Below, piece by piece: positions 1 through 10,818 of a stretch of 64,000 nucleotides of DNA (position 1 is its first letter; every line of letters starts with the position of its first letter). The DNA is taken from the NCBI GenBank assembly GCA_963741955.1, contig CAVUKB010000005.1, positions 192,001-256,000 on the forward strand, written 5' to 3'. This DNA comes from an uncultured Acidobacteriota bacterium (lineage in GTDB: Bacteria; Acidobacteriota; Thermoanaerobaculia; Gp7-AA8). Below the pieces are notes generated by a model. The model made no database searches. It worked only from the letters and a program-made list of their open reading frames with translations, and was not told the DNA's origin. The position numbers were made by a program, and so were the translations under genes.

Positions 1-1743
1 GGTCATCATCCGCGACTGCACTGAGATCTCCGGCGCCGGGAGTCCCCGAGGATACCCTCGCCCGTTCAGTTTCTCGTGGTGTGCGTACGCGATGTCCGGG
101 ACCGTGCGCAGATCCCGGGTCCACGGAATCTTCGAGAGGAACTCGTACGTGTGTGTGACGTGACTCTCGATCTCGCCTCTCTCCGTGGAATCGAGATTTC
201 CCTTTCGGATGGAGAGCGTGCGCAGCTCGTCCGGCGTGAGCAACGTGCGAACCGCGCCGCTCGCGTCGAGATACTCGTACTCCGACAGATGCACGAGGTG
301 ATCGAAGTCCCCTTCGGGAAGAATCGTCGGTTCGTTCGACCGCACCACGAGCTGATAGAAGCCCGACAGCTCGTCGAGCGTCCGGATCAGCTCCGCCGTG
401 ATCTGCTGATCGAACGCCTCGAAGCCGGTGTGGCCGTGCCGGAGCAGATGCTCGATGCGCCTCCGGTCGTACTCCGCCTCGATCTGCTTCGCCCGGAACT
501 CGAAGCGGGCGCGGATCAGGTCGATCTGCAGCGGGTACAGCTTCTTCTCCTTCACCAGCACTTTCTCCCGAACTCCGACTTTTCCGAAGTCGTGGAGTAG
601 TGATGCATAGCGGATTTCCCGGATCTGTTCGGGGGTGAAGCGGATGGAGCCGAACTCGCCGGCGTCGATTCCGTCGACTGTCTTCGCGAGCTCCACGGTC
701 AGGTCCGCGACCCGGAACGAATGACCCGAGGTGGTCGGATCGCGTTGCTCGATCGCGGTGACCGACGCCGTGACGAAACCTTCGAACAGCCGTTCGATCG
801 ATTCGTAGAGAGCCTGGTTCTCCACTGCGACGGCAGCCTGCCCCGCGAGAGATCGCATCAGCTTGATGGTGTGCGGATCGAACGGGATCACTTCGTCCGG
901 AACCGTCGTCGCGGTGAGCCGGACCGTCGACCCCGCGCGCTTGCGGTTGATCAGCTGAAGCACTCCGATGATCTCGTCCTGATGGTTCGTCATCGGAAGA
1001 ACGAGCATCGAGCGCGTGAGGTATCCCGTCTCGCGGTCGAAGCTCGTGTTGATGGTGTACTCCGCGCCGGCGTCGAGCTCGTACGCATCATCGATGACCA
1101 GCGTCTCGCCGGTATACGCGACGTACCCGGCGATGCTGCTCCGCGTGATGGGGAGAACCTTCTCTTCGAAATCGACCGGGATCGAGTCGTTCTGCGCGAG
1201 CTTCCAGCGAAGGACTTTCCCTTCCCCCGGAACATCTTCGAGCAGATAGAGCGAGCCGGCGTCGGAGCGACTCAGCTCGCGGCTCTTCGTCAGAATCATC
1301 GAGAGGAGAACTTCGTGGTCGCGCTCCGAGCCGAGCGCCATTCCGATCTTGTTCAGCTCTTCGAGCTCCTGACTCCGCTGCCGCAGCTCGAGCTCGAGCT
1401 GATGGTTGCGTACCGCCACCTCGAGATACTCGTGAGCGCGATGCACCGCATTCGCGAGGAGTGCGGGATCGGGATGGTCCGGCAGATGGAGAAAGATCTC
1501 CTTCCCCACCGCGGAGCTCACTCCGTTCAGCCCCACGCCAAGGACCGCGACCGATTCGCCTGCGTCGAACGGATCACTACCGAGGAGCTCGGGGTCGAGC
1601 AGAAGAATGGACAACTGCGCCGGAGACGATCGGAGATCGCCCACTCGGTCGATGAGTCGGGGCACGACCTCCTCACCGGCGAGCGCGGCCTGATATTGCG
1701 CGATCGGAAACGCGCGCGAATGAAGCAGGTTCAACCGAGCCAT
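1..1743 (-). CDS. GAF + HD-GYP domain cyclic-di-GMP phosphodiesterase (3' end runs off the window)
   Basis: Manual translation of the minus strand from ATG 1743 (missing from the ORF track because there is no stop in the window): GAF-like segment, TSGHSFRVA, ALLHDFGKVG, HHEKLNGRGYPRGL...QSRMMT. Confidence 0.9.
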   Translation of the reverse strand, partial: MARLNLLHSRAFPIAQYQAALAGEEVVPRLIDRVGDLRSSPAQLSILLLDPELLGSDPFDAGESVAVLGVGLNGVSSAVGKEIFLHLPDHPDPALLANAVHRAHEYLEVAVRNHQLELELRQRSQELEELNKIGMALGSERDHEVLLSMILTKSRELSRSDAGSLYLLEDVPGEGKVLRWKLAQNDSIPVDFEEKVLPITRSSIAGYVAYTGETLVIDDAYELDAGAEYTINTSFDRETGYLTRSMLVLPMTNHQDEIIGVLQLINRKRAGSTVRLTATTVPDEVIPFDPHTIKLMRSLAGQAAVAVENQALYESIERLFEGFVTASVTAIEQRDPTTSGHSFRVADLTVELAKTVDGIDAGEFGSIRFTPEQIREIRYASLLHDFGKVGVREKVLVKEKKLYPLQIDLIRARFEFRAKQIEAEYDRRRIEHLLRHGHTGFEAFDQQITAELIRTLDELSGFYQLVVRSNEPTILPEGDFDHLVHLSEYEYLDASGAVRTLLTPDELRTLSIRKGNLDSTERGEIESHVTHTYEFLSKIPWTRDLRTVPDIAYAHHEKLNGRGYPRGLPAPEISVQSRMMT

Positions 1744-2044
1744 CCTCGAAAACCTCGACCCGCGCAGCGTCTCTCCCGCGGGTGACTTCCCCTTCGTCCC
1801 CGTGTCGTCGCGCGTCGGCTGCCCGCGCACGAAAATGCGACTGCCACTGCCTGGACTGCGTGCGAATATTGTACTATCCCACTCGACAGCTGACTACAGA
1901 ATGCAACGGGCGGCAGGCCTGTTGTGACTCCTGACCCGACTCTATCGATGCTCCGTTCCGCCGCGCCGAGGCTGCGCCCGAGGAACCGTAGCATCTGCAG
2001 AAGAGGCGGGCCGGCTGCGGAAAATCTCACGATCGGAGGACGGA

Positions 2045-3301
2045 TTGGCTGCATACACGACGGAAACGATCAGGCCGAAGTACCACGAGGCACTCGTCGG
2101 CTGGCAGAAGAAGAACTTCCCCGAGATGCACTTTCTCCTCGACCACTGGGACGATCATTTCGGTCGCCAGCGGAGGTTCGAGCTCGTGGCGAAGATCGGA
2201 CGGCTCGGCTCGGAAACGGTCGAGCTCGGGCGTTTCACCGGGCGTCCCAAGTTCCAGCGCGCGGGCGACATGGTCGGCAACATGTTCTACTCCGCCCGCG
2301 ACATCATCCGCGCCCAATGCTCCACCGAGCTCGGGTCGATCCAGCAGCACCGTCTCACACTCGAGACCGCTCCCAGCGACGAGATGAAGCTCTCCGTCCT
2401 CCGGATCATGGCCGAGGAGCTGCGGCACGCGTATCAGATGTTCTGGGTGCTGGATCACGACGAGAGCTGGCACAAGCCGGGACACCCCGACATCGCCAGC
2501 GAGACGCTCGACGAGCTCCTCTCGATGCAGCTCGGCGAGCACGTGCTCGACGCGTTCAACATCCGTTTTCACAACTTTCTGGACAACGTCGTCTTCGCCA
2601 CGGTGATCGACCTGGTCGGCAAGTATCAGCTCGAGATGCAGCGCGTCTTTTCGTATGTCCCGATGGCGCGCTCGATGAGCCCGATGCTCTCTGAAGAAGG
2701 CTTCCACATCGGATCGGGAAGGCTCTTCCTCCGCGCCATCGCTGCGGATGCCACCGACGGTAAAGGTGACTACTCCATCGCCGACATCCAGAAGTCGCTG
2801 AATCTCTGGTTGCCGCGCGGTTTCGAGATGTTCGGAAACGAGCGCGGGGGAGAAACCGCGATCGCGTTCGGATTCAAGGACAAGCTCAACGGCACTGCAC
2901 AGTCCGAGTACCTGAACGAGGTTCGCGAACTGATCGAGCTCACCAACGTAGCCGTCGTGCAGACGAAGATCAGCGACATCAGCGCGCCGGATGCCCGGAG
3001 CCTCGTGCGCGAAGTCCAGGACACCGGAGAAAATGTGCGCGGCGTCCGGCCGGAAGATATGGTCTACGTTCCCGACGTGAAGTTCTTCCGTCAGCGCGGA
3101 CCGGAGGACGTGGTGTTCTTCCCTTACGACGTCGCAGGGAAACTCCTGACCGAGAATGGGAATCCGATCCCGGGCGAGAAGTACCTCGACTACCTCTCGA
3201 CCGTGCTTCCCGACTATTTCTTCTCGGACCGCGAGTTCTTCAAATACAAGGGAAAGCTCCTCGGCGATCCGGCTCCGACGTCCGGCAGCTACGGCTGGTA
3301 G
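2045..3301 (+). CDS. BoxB/PaaA-like ferritin-fold diiron protein (aryl-CoA epoxidase family)
   Basis: STELGSIQQ, EELRH, IDLVGKYQL and EEGFH match diiron ligand spacing; GGAGGA RBS before the TTG start. Confidence 0.75.
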   Translation: MAAYTTETIRPKYHEALVGWQKKNFPEMHFLLDHWDDHFGRQRRFELVAKIGRLGSETVELGRFTGRPKFQRAGDMVGNMFYSARDIIRAQCSTELGSIQQHRLTLETAPSDEMKLSVLRIMAEELRHAYQMFWVLDHDESWHKPGHPDIASETLDELLSMQLGEHVLDAFNIRFHNFLDNVVFATVIDLVGKYQLEMQRVFSYVPMARSMSPMLSEEGFHIGSGRLFLRAIAADATDGKGDYSIADIQKSLNLWLPRGFEMFGNERGGETAIAFGFKDKLNGTAQSEYLNEVRELIELTNVAVVQTKISDISAPDARSLVREVQDTGENVRGVRPEDMVYVPDVKFFRQRGPEDVVFFPYDVAGKLLTENGNPIPGEKYLDYLSTVLPDYFFSDREFFKYKGKLLGDPAPTSGSYGW

Positions 3302-3512
3302 GACGTTTCGGGATTTCCGGAACCCCCGCACTCGTCGAGGCTTCACAGAACCCGGCGGGTGCGGGCTCACGCCTTCCGCGTCTCTACGAGTCTGACGCGC
3401 ACCCCGCACCGGACTTTCCTGCCCACTGGATTGAGGATCCGCTGCAAACGCCATCGTCGCAGGCTCTTCCGCGCATTTCTGAAATGGCCGCGACCTTGCA
3501 GAAATCAATTCC

Positions 3513-4625
3513 ATGAAATGTCCCGAATGCAGTGCAGCTCTCGAAGAGGGAGCGACGCACTGTTCGAGCTGCGGCCTGATTCTGATGAGGGAGAAAGCGC
3601 CTCCGCCGAGACGGCGGAGGGAGGATCTGTCGCGGCACCGCCGGCGCGCGTCGGATCACGACCGCGTCGAATGTCCTTTCTGCAAGAGTGAGATTCTCAG
3701 GTCGGCGGTCCGCTGCGGTCACTGCAGTGAGATCGTCAACGAAGACTACCATCGAGAGAAACTCCACCGCCGTCGCTCACAGATTCTCTACTCCAGCTGG
3801 GTGGCTTATCTCCTGGGACTCGCCGCATTCCTCGTCTTCCGTCCGGTCGGCCTCTTCGCCATTGCGGCGGGGATGATCCTCTCGATCGTCTACTACGCGA
3901 TACCGGCCGACCCGAGCCCTCCCGGTGAAAAGCCGAGCTTCTCACGATTCTGGTCCACTCTCCGGAAGCAGCTGAAAGTCGAGACCATCCCCATTCCGAT
4001 TCCCCATTTCCCGAAGGCCCGTCTGATATTCGTCGGCACGCCTCTCATCGCGGCGGCACTCGGCTATTTCGCGAACTTCTTCATCCTCCAGCAGCCGATG
4101 AACCGGATCCTCGCGAGCAGTCCGGTCTTCCACGGGATTACCGTCTCCACCCACTACGAGTACTGGATCTTCCCGCAGATCCTGGTTTTCGATCTCGAGA
4201 AGATCGACCCTGCACAGAGTCCGCTCGTCGTTCACACTGCACTCCTCGAGTATGCGCAGCAGATGCAGGGATACCGGTGGAGCCGCATCGAGCTTCAGTA
4301 CCACGGCAACACCCGCTTCTCGATCAAGGGGGCCGATTTCTCCAAACTCGGGGCCGAATACGCGCGCAGCAACATCAGCTTCGTCGTGTTCGAGTTTCCC
4401 CGGTTGGTCCGGCCTGCCGACGGCAATGCCGCTCCACTCCCGAAGGACGGAAAGGACGCGTTCATCGAGCTCTACAAGCGATGGTACGTGAACGATCTCG
4501 TCGCCAGGACCACGCCCGGAACGAAGGAGCGCCGTCTGGCACTCTTCTCCGGTCACGGGCCGCCCCTGACGCCCGGGAATCAGGAGTCAGGGATCGGGGA
4601 TCGGGGGCATGCGCACACACTTTGA
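3513..4625 (+). CDS. Double zinc-ribbon membrane protein, function unknown
   Basis: CPEC/CSSC and CPFC/CGHC pairs followed by about 3 hydrophobic segments and a soluble C-terminal domain. Confidence 0.7.
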   Translation: MKCPECSAALEEGATHCSSCGLILMREKAPPPRRRREDLSRHRRRASDHDRVECPFCKSEILRSAVRCGHCSEIVNEDYHREKLHRRRSQILYSSWVAYLLGLAAFLVFRPVGLFAIAAGMILSIVYYAIPADPSPPGEKPSFSRFWSTLRKQLKVETIPIPIPHFPKARLIFVGTPLIAAALGYFANFFILQQPMNRILASSPVFHGITVSTHYEYWIFPQILVFDLEKIDPAQSPLVVHTALLEYAQQMQGYRWSRIELQYHGNTRFSIKGADFSKLGAEYARSNISFVVFEFPRLVRPADGNAAPLPKDGKDAFIELYKRWYVNDLVARTTPGTKERRLALFSGHGPPLTPGNQESGIGDRGHAHTL

Positions 4626-4786
4626 GGAGCGGAATGATCCGACCGCCCGACGCATGCAGAATTCAGGATTGAGAACTCAGGCGCGACCGGCGGGCGACGG
4701 CCACCTTTGACCAGACGAATGGCGAGAGCGAATTCAAGAATCGTCCTGCCGCGACGGGGCCGCCACCGGAAAAATTGCCGCCCTCT

Positions 4787-5419
4787 TCACCTCGCGGTCG
4801 GTTTCAGCAGGCCGTCTCTCTCCAACTCGGCCGTGAGGTCGAGAGTATTGTGAAACTGGTAGGCGGTGATCCCGAGGTTCTTTGCCGCGCTGACGTTCTC
4901 CGCGAGATCGTCCACGAACACCACCTCGTCGGGATCGGCCTGCAGCTCGTGCAGGACGCGGTTGAAGATCGCAGGGTCGGGCTTCGCGCATTCATAGACG
5001 TGCGAGAAGAAAAGGCGGTCTTCTTTCCGGAAGAGAATCGCGAACTGGCGCGGGATCACCTCGGCGTGCACCGGGTTCGAGTTGGAGAGAAACGCCACGC
5101 GGTATTCGGCGCGCACCCGCTCCAGCAGCTCCTCGATCCCTTCGATCGTTCCGTCGAAGAAATCGCTCCAGATGCGGTATAGCTCGTGGATGTCGTCGCG
5201 ATACCCGGCAACCTCGACCAGATGCTGGTGAAACTCACGAAAGGAGACCGCACCGCGCTCGAGGTCGTGGTATCCCCCCGGTTCCTCCATCAACCTCACC
5301 AGCTCGTCGCGCTGGACGTCGGAGCGGCTGCATATGGCCGCAAGGACTCTCTCGTACGCCACTTTGACGACGACATTTCCGAGGTCGAAGATGAACCAGC
5401 ACTTGTGCGGCATGATCAC
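4787..5419 (-). CDS. HAD family phosphatase (YihX-like)
   Basis: FDLGNV, LSNS, KPD and FVDD motifs; overlaps the upstream stop codon. Confidence 0.88.
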   Translation of the reverse strand: MIMPHKCWFIFDLGNVVVKVAYERVLAAICSRSDVQRDELVRLMEEPGGYHDLERGAVSFREFHQHLVEVAGYRDDIHELYRIWSDFFDGTIEGIEELLERVRAEYRVAFLSNSNPVHAEVIPRQFAILFRKEDRLFFSHVYECAKPDPAIFNRVLHELQADPDEVVFVDDLAENVSAAKNLGITAYQFHNTLDLTAELERDGLLKPTAR

Positions 5420-7023
5420 ATCCGGAAGACACCGAACTTCATCTCCGGGATCGGAGCATTGTACGAGGAGGAGATCGCAAGTCCGAGCACCGTCCGTGTG
5501 TCGGCAGGGTCGATGATGCCGTCGTCCCAGATGCGGGCCGTGCTGTAGTAGGGATTTCCCTCTTCTTCGTACTTCTTCCGCACCGGATCCGCAATGGACG
5601 CCTCGTCTTCTGCCGAAAGAGTCTTCCCTTCCCGCTCCAGCTGATCACGCTTCACCGTGGTCAGGACGCCTGCCGCCTGCTCTCCTCCCATCACGCTGAT
5701 GCGCGCGTTGGGCCACATCCAGAGGAAGCGGGGATCGTACGCTCTTCCGCACATTCCGTAGTTCCCTGCACCGAACGAGCCGCCGATGATCACCGTGAAC
5801 TTCGGCACCACCGAGTTCGCCACGGCGTGAACCATCTTCGCTCCGTCCTTCGCGATCCCTCCCCGCTCGTACTCTCGTCCCACCATGAATCCGGTGATGT
5901 TCTGCAGGAAGATCAGCGGGATCGCGCGCTGGTTGCACACCTCGATGAAGTGCGTCGCCTTGAGCGCCGACTCACTGAAGAGGACACCGTTGTTCGCGAG
6001 AATCCCGACCTTGTAGCCGAAGATCCGCGCGAAGCCGGTGATGATGGTCGGTGCGTAGCGCTCCTTGAACTCCTGAAAGCGTGAGCCGTCGACGATCCGC
6101 GCGATGATCTCCCGGACATCGAACGACTTCCGTCCGTCGAGAGGCATCACTCCGTAGATCTCTTTCGGATCGTAGAGAGGATTCTCCGGCATGATCCGCG
6201 TGTCGGGCTCCCGCTTACCCCGCGGCAGCGTCTCGACGATGTTCCGCACGATGGCGATCGCGTGGTGGTCGTCTTCCGCGAAGTAATCCGCCACTCCCGA
6301 GATTCTGGTGTGCACATCGGCACCTCCGAGATCCTCGGCGGTGACCTCCTCTCCCGTCGCTGCCTTCACCAGAGGGGGCCCGCCGAGGAAGATCGTACCG
6401 GTGCCCTTCACGATGACCGATTCGTCGGACATTGCGGGGACGTACGCACCTCCCGCGGTGCACGAGCCCATCACCGCGGAGATCTGGGGGATTCCCATCG
6501 CGGACATCCGCGCCTGGTTGTAGAAGATCCGTCCGAAATGCTCCTTGTCGGGAAAGACTTCCGCCTGCAGAGGGAGGAACGCGCCGCCCGAATCGACCAG
6601 ATAAATGCACGGAAGATGGTTCTCCTGCGCGATCTCCTGGGCCCGGACGTGCTTCTTCACCGTGAGCGGGAAGTAGCTCCCCCCCTTCACCGTGGCATCG
6701 TTCGCGATGATCATGCACTCTCGCTCGTCGATGCGGCCGATCCCGGTGACGATCCCCGCTCCCGGCGCCTCGCCGCGGTACATTCCGTGCGCGGCGAGCT
6801 GGGAGAACTCGAGGAACGGGGTGTCGGGATCGAGAAGCTCCCCGATGCGCTCGCGCGCGGTGAGCTTTCCCTGCTGGCGGTGGCGCTCGACGTACTTTCC
6901 GCCTCCCCCCTCCCGTGCGCGCTCGATCTCCTCCCGCAACTGCGCGACGAGCTGCTCCATGCGGATGCGGCTCTCACGGAACTCCGCGGAGGACGAATCG
7001 ATGTGACTCTCAAGCTGTTCCAT
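5416..7023 (-). CDS. Acyl-CoA carboxylase carboxyltransferase (methylcrotonyl-CoA carboxylase beta type)
   Basis: [33 protein letters not shown] and C-terminal FGVFRM; GGAGG RBS before ATG 7023. Confidence 0.93.
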   Translation of the reverse strand: MEQLESHIDSSSAEFRESRIRMEQLVAQLREEIERAREGGGGKYVERHRQQGKLTARERIGELLDPDTPFLEFSQLAAHGMYRGEAPGAGIVTGIGRIDERECMIIANDATVKGGSYFPLTVKKHVRAQEIAQENHLPCIYLVDSGGAFLPLQAEVFPDKEHFGRIFYNQARMSAMGIPQISAVMGSCTAGGAYVPAMSDESVIVKGTGTIFLGGPPLVKAATGEEVTAEDLGGADVHTRISGVADYFAEDDHHAIAIVRNIVETLPRGKREPDTRIMPENPLYDPKEIYGVMPLDGRKSFDVREIIARIVDGSRFQEFKERYAPTIITGFARIFGYKVGILANNGVLFSESALKATHFIEVCNQRAIPLIFLQNITGFMVGREYERGGIAKDGAKMVHAVANSVVPKFTVIIGGSFGAGNYGMCGRAYDPRFLWMWPNARISVMGGEQAAGVLTTVKRDQLEREGKTLSAEDEASIADPVRKKYEEEGNPYYSTARIWDDGIIDPADTRTVLGLAISSSYNAPIPEMKFGVFRM

Positions 7024-7729
7024 GTGAACCTCCCGATGAATGCAGCTCGGCATGACGTTTCGCCAGGAGATGAACCTGCTGCGGGGTCAGACGTTCACTC
7101 GCGCTCAGTATCTCGCGGACCGATGCGAACCATGGTCCGTCGGTGCGCGATAGCCGTTGAAGACGCGCCTCGAGCTCCGCGCCTTCCGGATCGCAGACCT
7201 CGTCCACCATTCCGATCCGCTCCGCCCCGGCAGCGTCGAAGACTGCATTGTCGAGAAGGAGACGCGCCGCCGCGGTGCGCCCGATCAGTTTCCGCCAGCG
7301 CGAAGTCCCTCCGAATCCGGTCGGGATCCCGATTTTCGATCCGGGATGGGAGAAGCGTGAAGCCGCGCTCGAGAAGCGGAAGTCGAACGACATCGCAAGG
7401 TCCAGCGCGCCGCCGAAGCAGTCGCCGTCGATGATCGCGGCGGTCGGGAACGGGAGCCGCTCGATCCGTCCGAAGAGCGTCTGCCCCTTTTCCGCGAAGC
7501 CGACGGCGTCGCGCCAGTCGAACTCCTTCATCTCCGCCATGTCGGCCCCCGCGGCAAAGAGACCCCGGCGGCCGCTGCGGAAGGCGAGCAGGCGGACGCC
7601 GGACGGCATCGCGTCGAGCACGGAAGAGAGCTCCGAGAGTGCCTCGGCCGACAGGAGGTTCATCCCCCCGTCGTCGAATCGGAGCTCCAGAATTCCGCTG
7701 CGGAGCGTGGTGCGGAAACGGTCGGTCAT
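7010..7729 (-). CDS. Enoyl-CoA hydratase/isomerase (crotonase) family protein
   Basis: FAAGADM oxyanion motif, [18 protein letters not shown]. Confidence 0.85.
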   Translation of the reverse strand: MTDRFRTTLRSGILELRFDDGGMNLLSAEALSELSSVLDAMPSGVRLLAFRSGRRGLFAAGADMAEMKEFDWRDAVGFAEKGQTLFGRIERLPFPTAAIIDGDCFGGALDLAMSFDFRFSSAASRFSHPGSKIGIPTGFGGTSRWRKLIGRTAAARLLLDNAVFDAAGAERIGMVDEVCDPEGAELEARLQRLSRTDGPWFASVREILSASERLTPQQVHLLAKRHAELHSSGGSHGTA

Positions 7730-8127
7730 CGATGCGCGACGGCTTCCCGGATCGCGTCCACTGCAGCGGACGTCGGAGTCCCGGGGAGGAACACGGCGCG
7801 GACGCCGATCCCCTTCAGCCGCGGAATGTCCTTCTCCGGAATGATTCCCCCGGCGAAGACGATGATGTCCCCCGCCTCCTGCTCGGCCAGGAGCTTCATG
7901 ATCTCGGGAATCAGGACGTTGTGGGCTCCGGAGAGGATGGAGAGGCCGATCGCGTCGACGTCTTCCTGCACCGCGGCGGCGACGATCTGTTCCGGCGTCT
8001 GCCGCAGTCCGGTGTAGATCACTTCCATCCCCGCGTCCCGCAGTGCGCGCGCGACGACCTTCGCTCCACGGTCATGTCCGTCGAGACCGGGTTTCGCAAT
8101 CAGGACTCGGATTTTGTGCTCGCTCAT
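7726..8127 (-). CDS. Cobalamin-binding domain protein (acyl-CoA mutase small subunit)
   Basis: [19 protein letters not shown] and GGIIP motifs; ATG 8127 overlaps the GNAT stop. Confidence 0.93.
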   Translation of the reverse strand: MSEHKIRVLIAKPGLDGHDRGAKVVARALRDAGMEVIYTGLRQTPEQIVAAAVQEDVDAIGLSILSGAHNVLIPEIMKLLAEQEAGDIIVFAGGIIPEKDIPRLKGIGVRAVFLPGTPTSAAVDAIREAVAHR

Positions 8128-8729
8128 ACCTGCGGCTCCGGTTCTTTGAATGTCTCTTTGAATACCGAAAGGATCACGATGTCGTGGTACTCCCCTTCCC
8201 GATAAAAATCGCCGGCGAGCTTCCCTTCCTGAGCGAATCCCTGTGCCGCCAGGATCCGTTTCGCCCGCTCGTTGTAATCGAATACGTTGATGCGCAGCTT
8301 GCGCAGGTTCATCTCCTGAAATGCGAAACGTACCAGAGTCCGGATCGCATCGCTCCCGAATCCCCGGTTCCACGCCGCCGGCTCGCCGATGAAGAGCCCG
8401 AACTGCGCCCGCCGCGAGACCCAGTCGATCTCGTGCAGCGACGCGTTGCCGATGTGCGCTCGGGTGTCCTTCTGCTCGATCGCGAAATGGCGCTCGTCGG
8501 GCGAGCCGTCCACCGCACGCTCCAGCCATTCCGCCTCGGTGTGAAACGGCATCGGATACCGCGACTTGAGTGTCCGCACGATCTGCGGATCGTTCATCCA
8601 GCGGTACGAACGTTCCAGATCCGACGCCTCCAGAGCCCGCAGAATCACGTGCTCTCCGGCGATCATGAACCTCTTCCGTCCATACGCTTCCGGGTCAGGC
8701 AGCATGCCTCGTTCCGTTCTCCTCACCAT
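8124..8729 (-). CDS. GNAT N-acetyltransferase (RimJ/RimL type)
   Basis: [26 protein letters not shown]; start could instead be ATG 8705 or 8666. Confidence 0.85.
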   Translation of the reverse strand: MVRRTERGMLPDPEAYGRKRFMIAGEHVILRALEASDLERSYRWMNDPQIVRTLKSRYPMPFHTEAEWLERAVDGSPDERHFAIEQKDTRAHIGNASLHEIDWVSRRAQFGLFIGEPAAWNRGFGSDAIRTLVRFAFQEMNLRKLRINVFDYNERAKRILAAQGFAQEGKLAGDFYREGEYHDIVILSVFKETFKEPEPQV

Positions 8730-8810
8730 GCGGGCGGGATTATATGGGAAACGCCCCAAAATCCCCCACCTCGCTCCCCGCTGACGCCACGGGTCGGGTT
8801 CCACGCCCCC

Positions 8811-8832
8811 GTGGGTCGCGCGTTTCGCGCGA
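8811..8832 (+). repeat. Single degenerate REP-like palindrome
   Basis: GTGGGTCGCGCGTTTCGCGCGA resembles one end of the 189-bp cassette. Confidence 0.55.
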
Positions 8833-9005
8833 TGGCGAGCGGCGTTTCGCCGCGAGCGACCGGTCCAACTTGCGACGGCCCACGCTACCGGGCACTCCCG
8901 CGTTCAAACCGCGCACCGTTCCTGCTCGGCCCGACTCGGCAAGCCCGCTCCCTCTCCAACCACCGATCTTCCCGTCACGCAACTTGCAGCACGAGTCCGT
9001 CACGA

Positions 9006-9686
9006 ATGAGCATCGACGAACGACGCACCGCCGCCCTCATCCTCGACGTCGACGGGACACTTCTCGACTCCAACGAAGCTCACGCGCACGCCTGGGTCGA
9101 AGCGTTCTCCGCCTCGGGAGTCGATCTCGATCCCACCGACATCCGACCGCACCTCGGGAAGGGAGGCGACCTCCTCGTCCCCGACCTCCTCGACGCCCGC
9201 GCCATGCGACGCATCGGAGACGACGTCCGCGCCCGCAAGAAGGAGATTTTCGGACAGAAGTACCTCCCGGATCTCCGCCCCTTTCCCGGCATCCGTTCCG
9301 CTCTGGAGAAACTCCGCGCGCGCGGGATTCATCTGGTCCTCGCGACGTCGGCCGGTTCCGAAGAGCTCGACCGCTATCTCGAGATCCTCGACATCGGGGG
9401 GCTGATCGACGGGAACACCTCCCGAAGCGACGTCAGCGCCTCGAAACCGGTTCCGGACGTCTTCCGCGCGGCTCTCGAGCGCCTCGACGCACCGGCAGAG
9501 CTCACTGCTGTCGTCGGGGACACTCCATACGATATCCTTGCGGCCCATCGGGTCGCGCTACCGGTCGTCGCGGTGCGGACCGGAGGCTTTCCCGACGAGC
9601 TTCTCCGAAAGGCGGAGCTGATCTTCGACGACGTCAACGAGCTTGCAGGAAGGATCGAAGAACTCGATGAGTGGTTCCATGAGTGA
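9006..9686 (+). CDS. HAD family hydrolase
   Basis: DVDGTLLDS, ATS, KPVP and GDTPYD motifs; start set at ATG 9006. Confidence 0.9.
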   Translation: MSIDERRTAALILDVDGTLLDSNEAHAHAWVEAFSASGVDLDPTDIRPHLGKGGDLLVPDLLDARAMRRIGDDVRARKKEIFGQKYLPDLRPFPGIRSALEKLRARGIHLVLATSAGSEELDRYLEILDIGGLIDGNTSRSDVSASKPVPDVFRAALERLDAPAELTAVVGDTPYDILAAHRVALPVVAVRTGGFPDELLRKAELIFDDVNELAGRIEELDEWFHE

Positions 9687-10806
9687 GACCGAACGAGCAC
9701 GCGCCATCCACCGCAGGGCGATCACCGTCGACGGACACTGCGACACGCCCTACCGCCTCCACCGGCATTCCGTCGGTCTCGCCGCCGAAGACCCGAGCGC
9801 GCAGGTCGATCTCGACAAGCTGCGCCGCAGCGGAATCAACGCGTCGTTCTTCGTTTCGTACGTCCCTTCGTATTACGTCGGCCGCGGCGCATACGGCTTC
9901 GCCGAGCATCTGATCGATCTCATCCAGCGCGAGATCGCCGCGAACCCGGAGCTCCTCGCAGCCGCCTCCGCCGCCGACATCCGCCGCGCACGCGAGGAGA
10001 ACCGGATCGCCATTCTCATCGGCATCGAGGGAGGTCACGCGATCGAGGATTCCCTCGAGAAGCTGGCAAAACTGTACGAACGCGGAGCGCGCTATCTCAC
10101 CCTCACCCACGTCAATAACAACAACTGGGCCGACTCGTCCGGCGACGCGCCGCTGCACGGCGGCCTGACTCCGCTCGGTCGCCAGATCGTCCAGCGGATG
10201 AACGATCTCGGCATGCTGGTCGACGTCTCGCACGTCGCCGACTCGACCTTCAGCGACGTCCTCGCGACCACGCGTACCCCCGTCATCGCGTCGCACTCTT
10301 CCTGCCGCGCGCTGACCACCCATCCGCGCAACCTCACCGACGAGATGCTCCGCGACCTGGCGGCGAACGGCGGCATCTGCATGATCAACTTCTTCAGCGC
10401 CTTCATCAGCCAGAGTGTTGCCGACTGCCTTCGGAACGCTCCCAAGGGTGATTCGAAGGAGTCGCCGGTCGAACCGGAACTGGAAGAGCTTCCGAACGAC
10501 CGGAGCCACTGGAATGAATATCTCGAGTGGTGGAGCTCGCTCGACTGTCCGCAGGCGACGCTCGACGACGTGATCGCGCACATCGTCCATGCCGTGGAAG
10601 TCGCGGGCATCGACCACGTCGGCATCGGGACGGACTTCGACGGAGTCCCGGCTCTCCCCCAGGGCGTCACCGACGCCTCGATGTTTCCCGCCGTGACCGA
10701 GCGTCTTCTCCGGCACGGCTTTTCCGATGCCGACGTCCTGAAGATCCTCGGCGAAAACTTCATGCGTGTCTTCGAAGCCGTGGAGGGGGGACGCACGTCC
10801 GTCTGA
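9679..10806 (+). CDS. Membrane dipeptidase (peptidase M19)
   Basis: DGHCD, GIEGG, DVSH, ASHS, HPRN and GIGTDFDG motifs. Confidence 0.92.
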   Translation: MSETERARAIHRRAITVDGHCDTPYRLHRHSVGLAAEDPSAQVDLDKLRRSGINASFFVSYVPSYYVGRGAYGFAEHLIDLIQREIAANPELLAAASAADIRRAREENRIAILIGIEGGHAIEDSLEKLAKLYERGARYLTLTHVNNNNWADSSGDAPLHGGLTPLGRQIVQRMNDLGMLVDVSHVADSTFSDVLATTRTPVIASHSSCRALTTHPRNLTDEMLRDLAANGGICMINFFSAFISQSVADCLRNAPKGDSKESPVEPELEELPNDRSHWNEYLEWWSSLDCPQATLDDVIAHIVHAVEVAGIDHVGIGTDFDGVPALPQGVTDASMFPAVTERLLRHGFSDADVLKILGENFMRVFEAVEGGRTSV

Positions 10807-10818
10807 TCAGGAGCGCCG

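Noticed and set aside
76-1785. Plus-strand ORFs 76-600 and 721-1785
   Set aside because: They are antisense shadows of the HD-GYP gene on the minus strand.
1790-2040. Possible cobalamin riboswitch (GCCACTG at ~1843)
   Set aside because: The other conserved B12-box elements are not seen, and the flanking genes are not B12-related.
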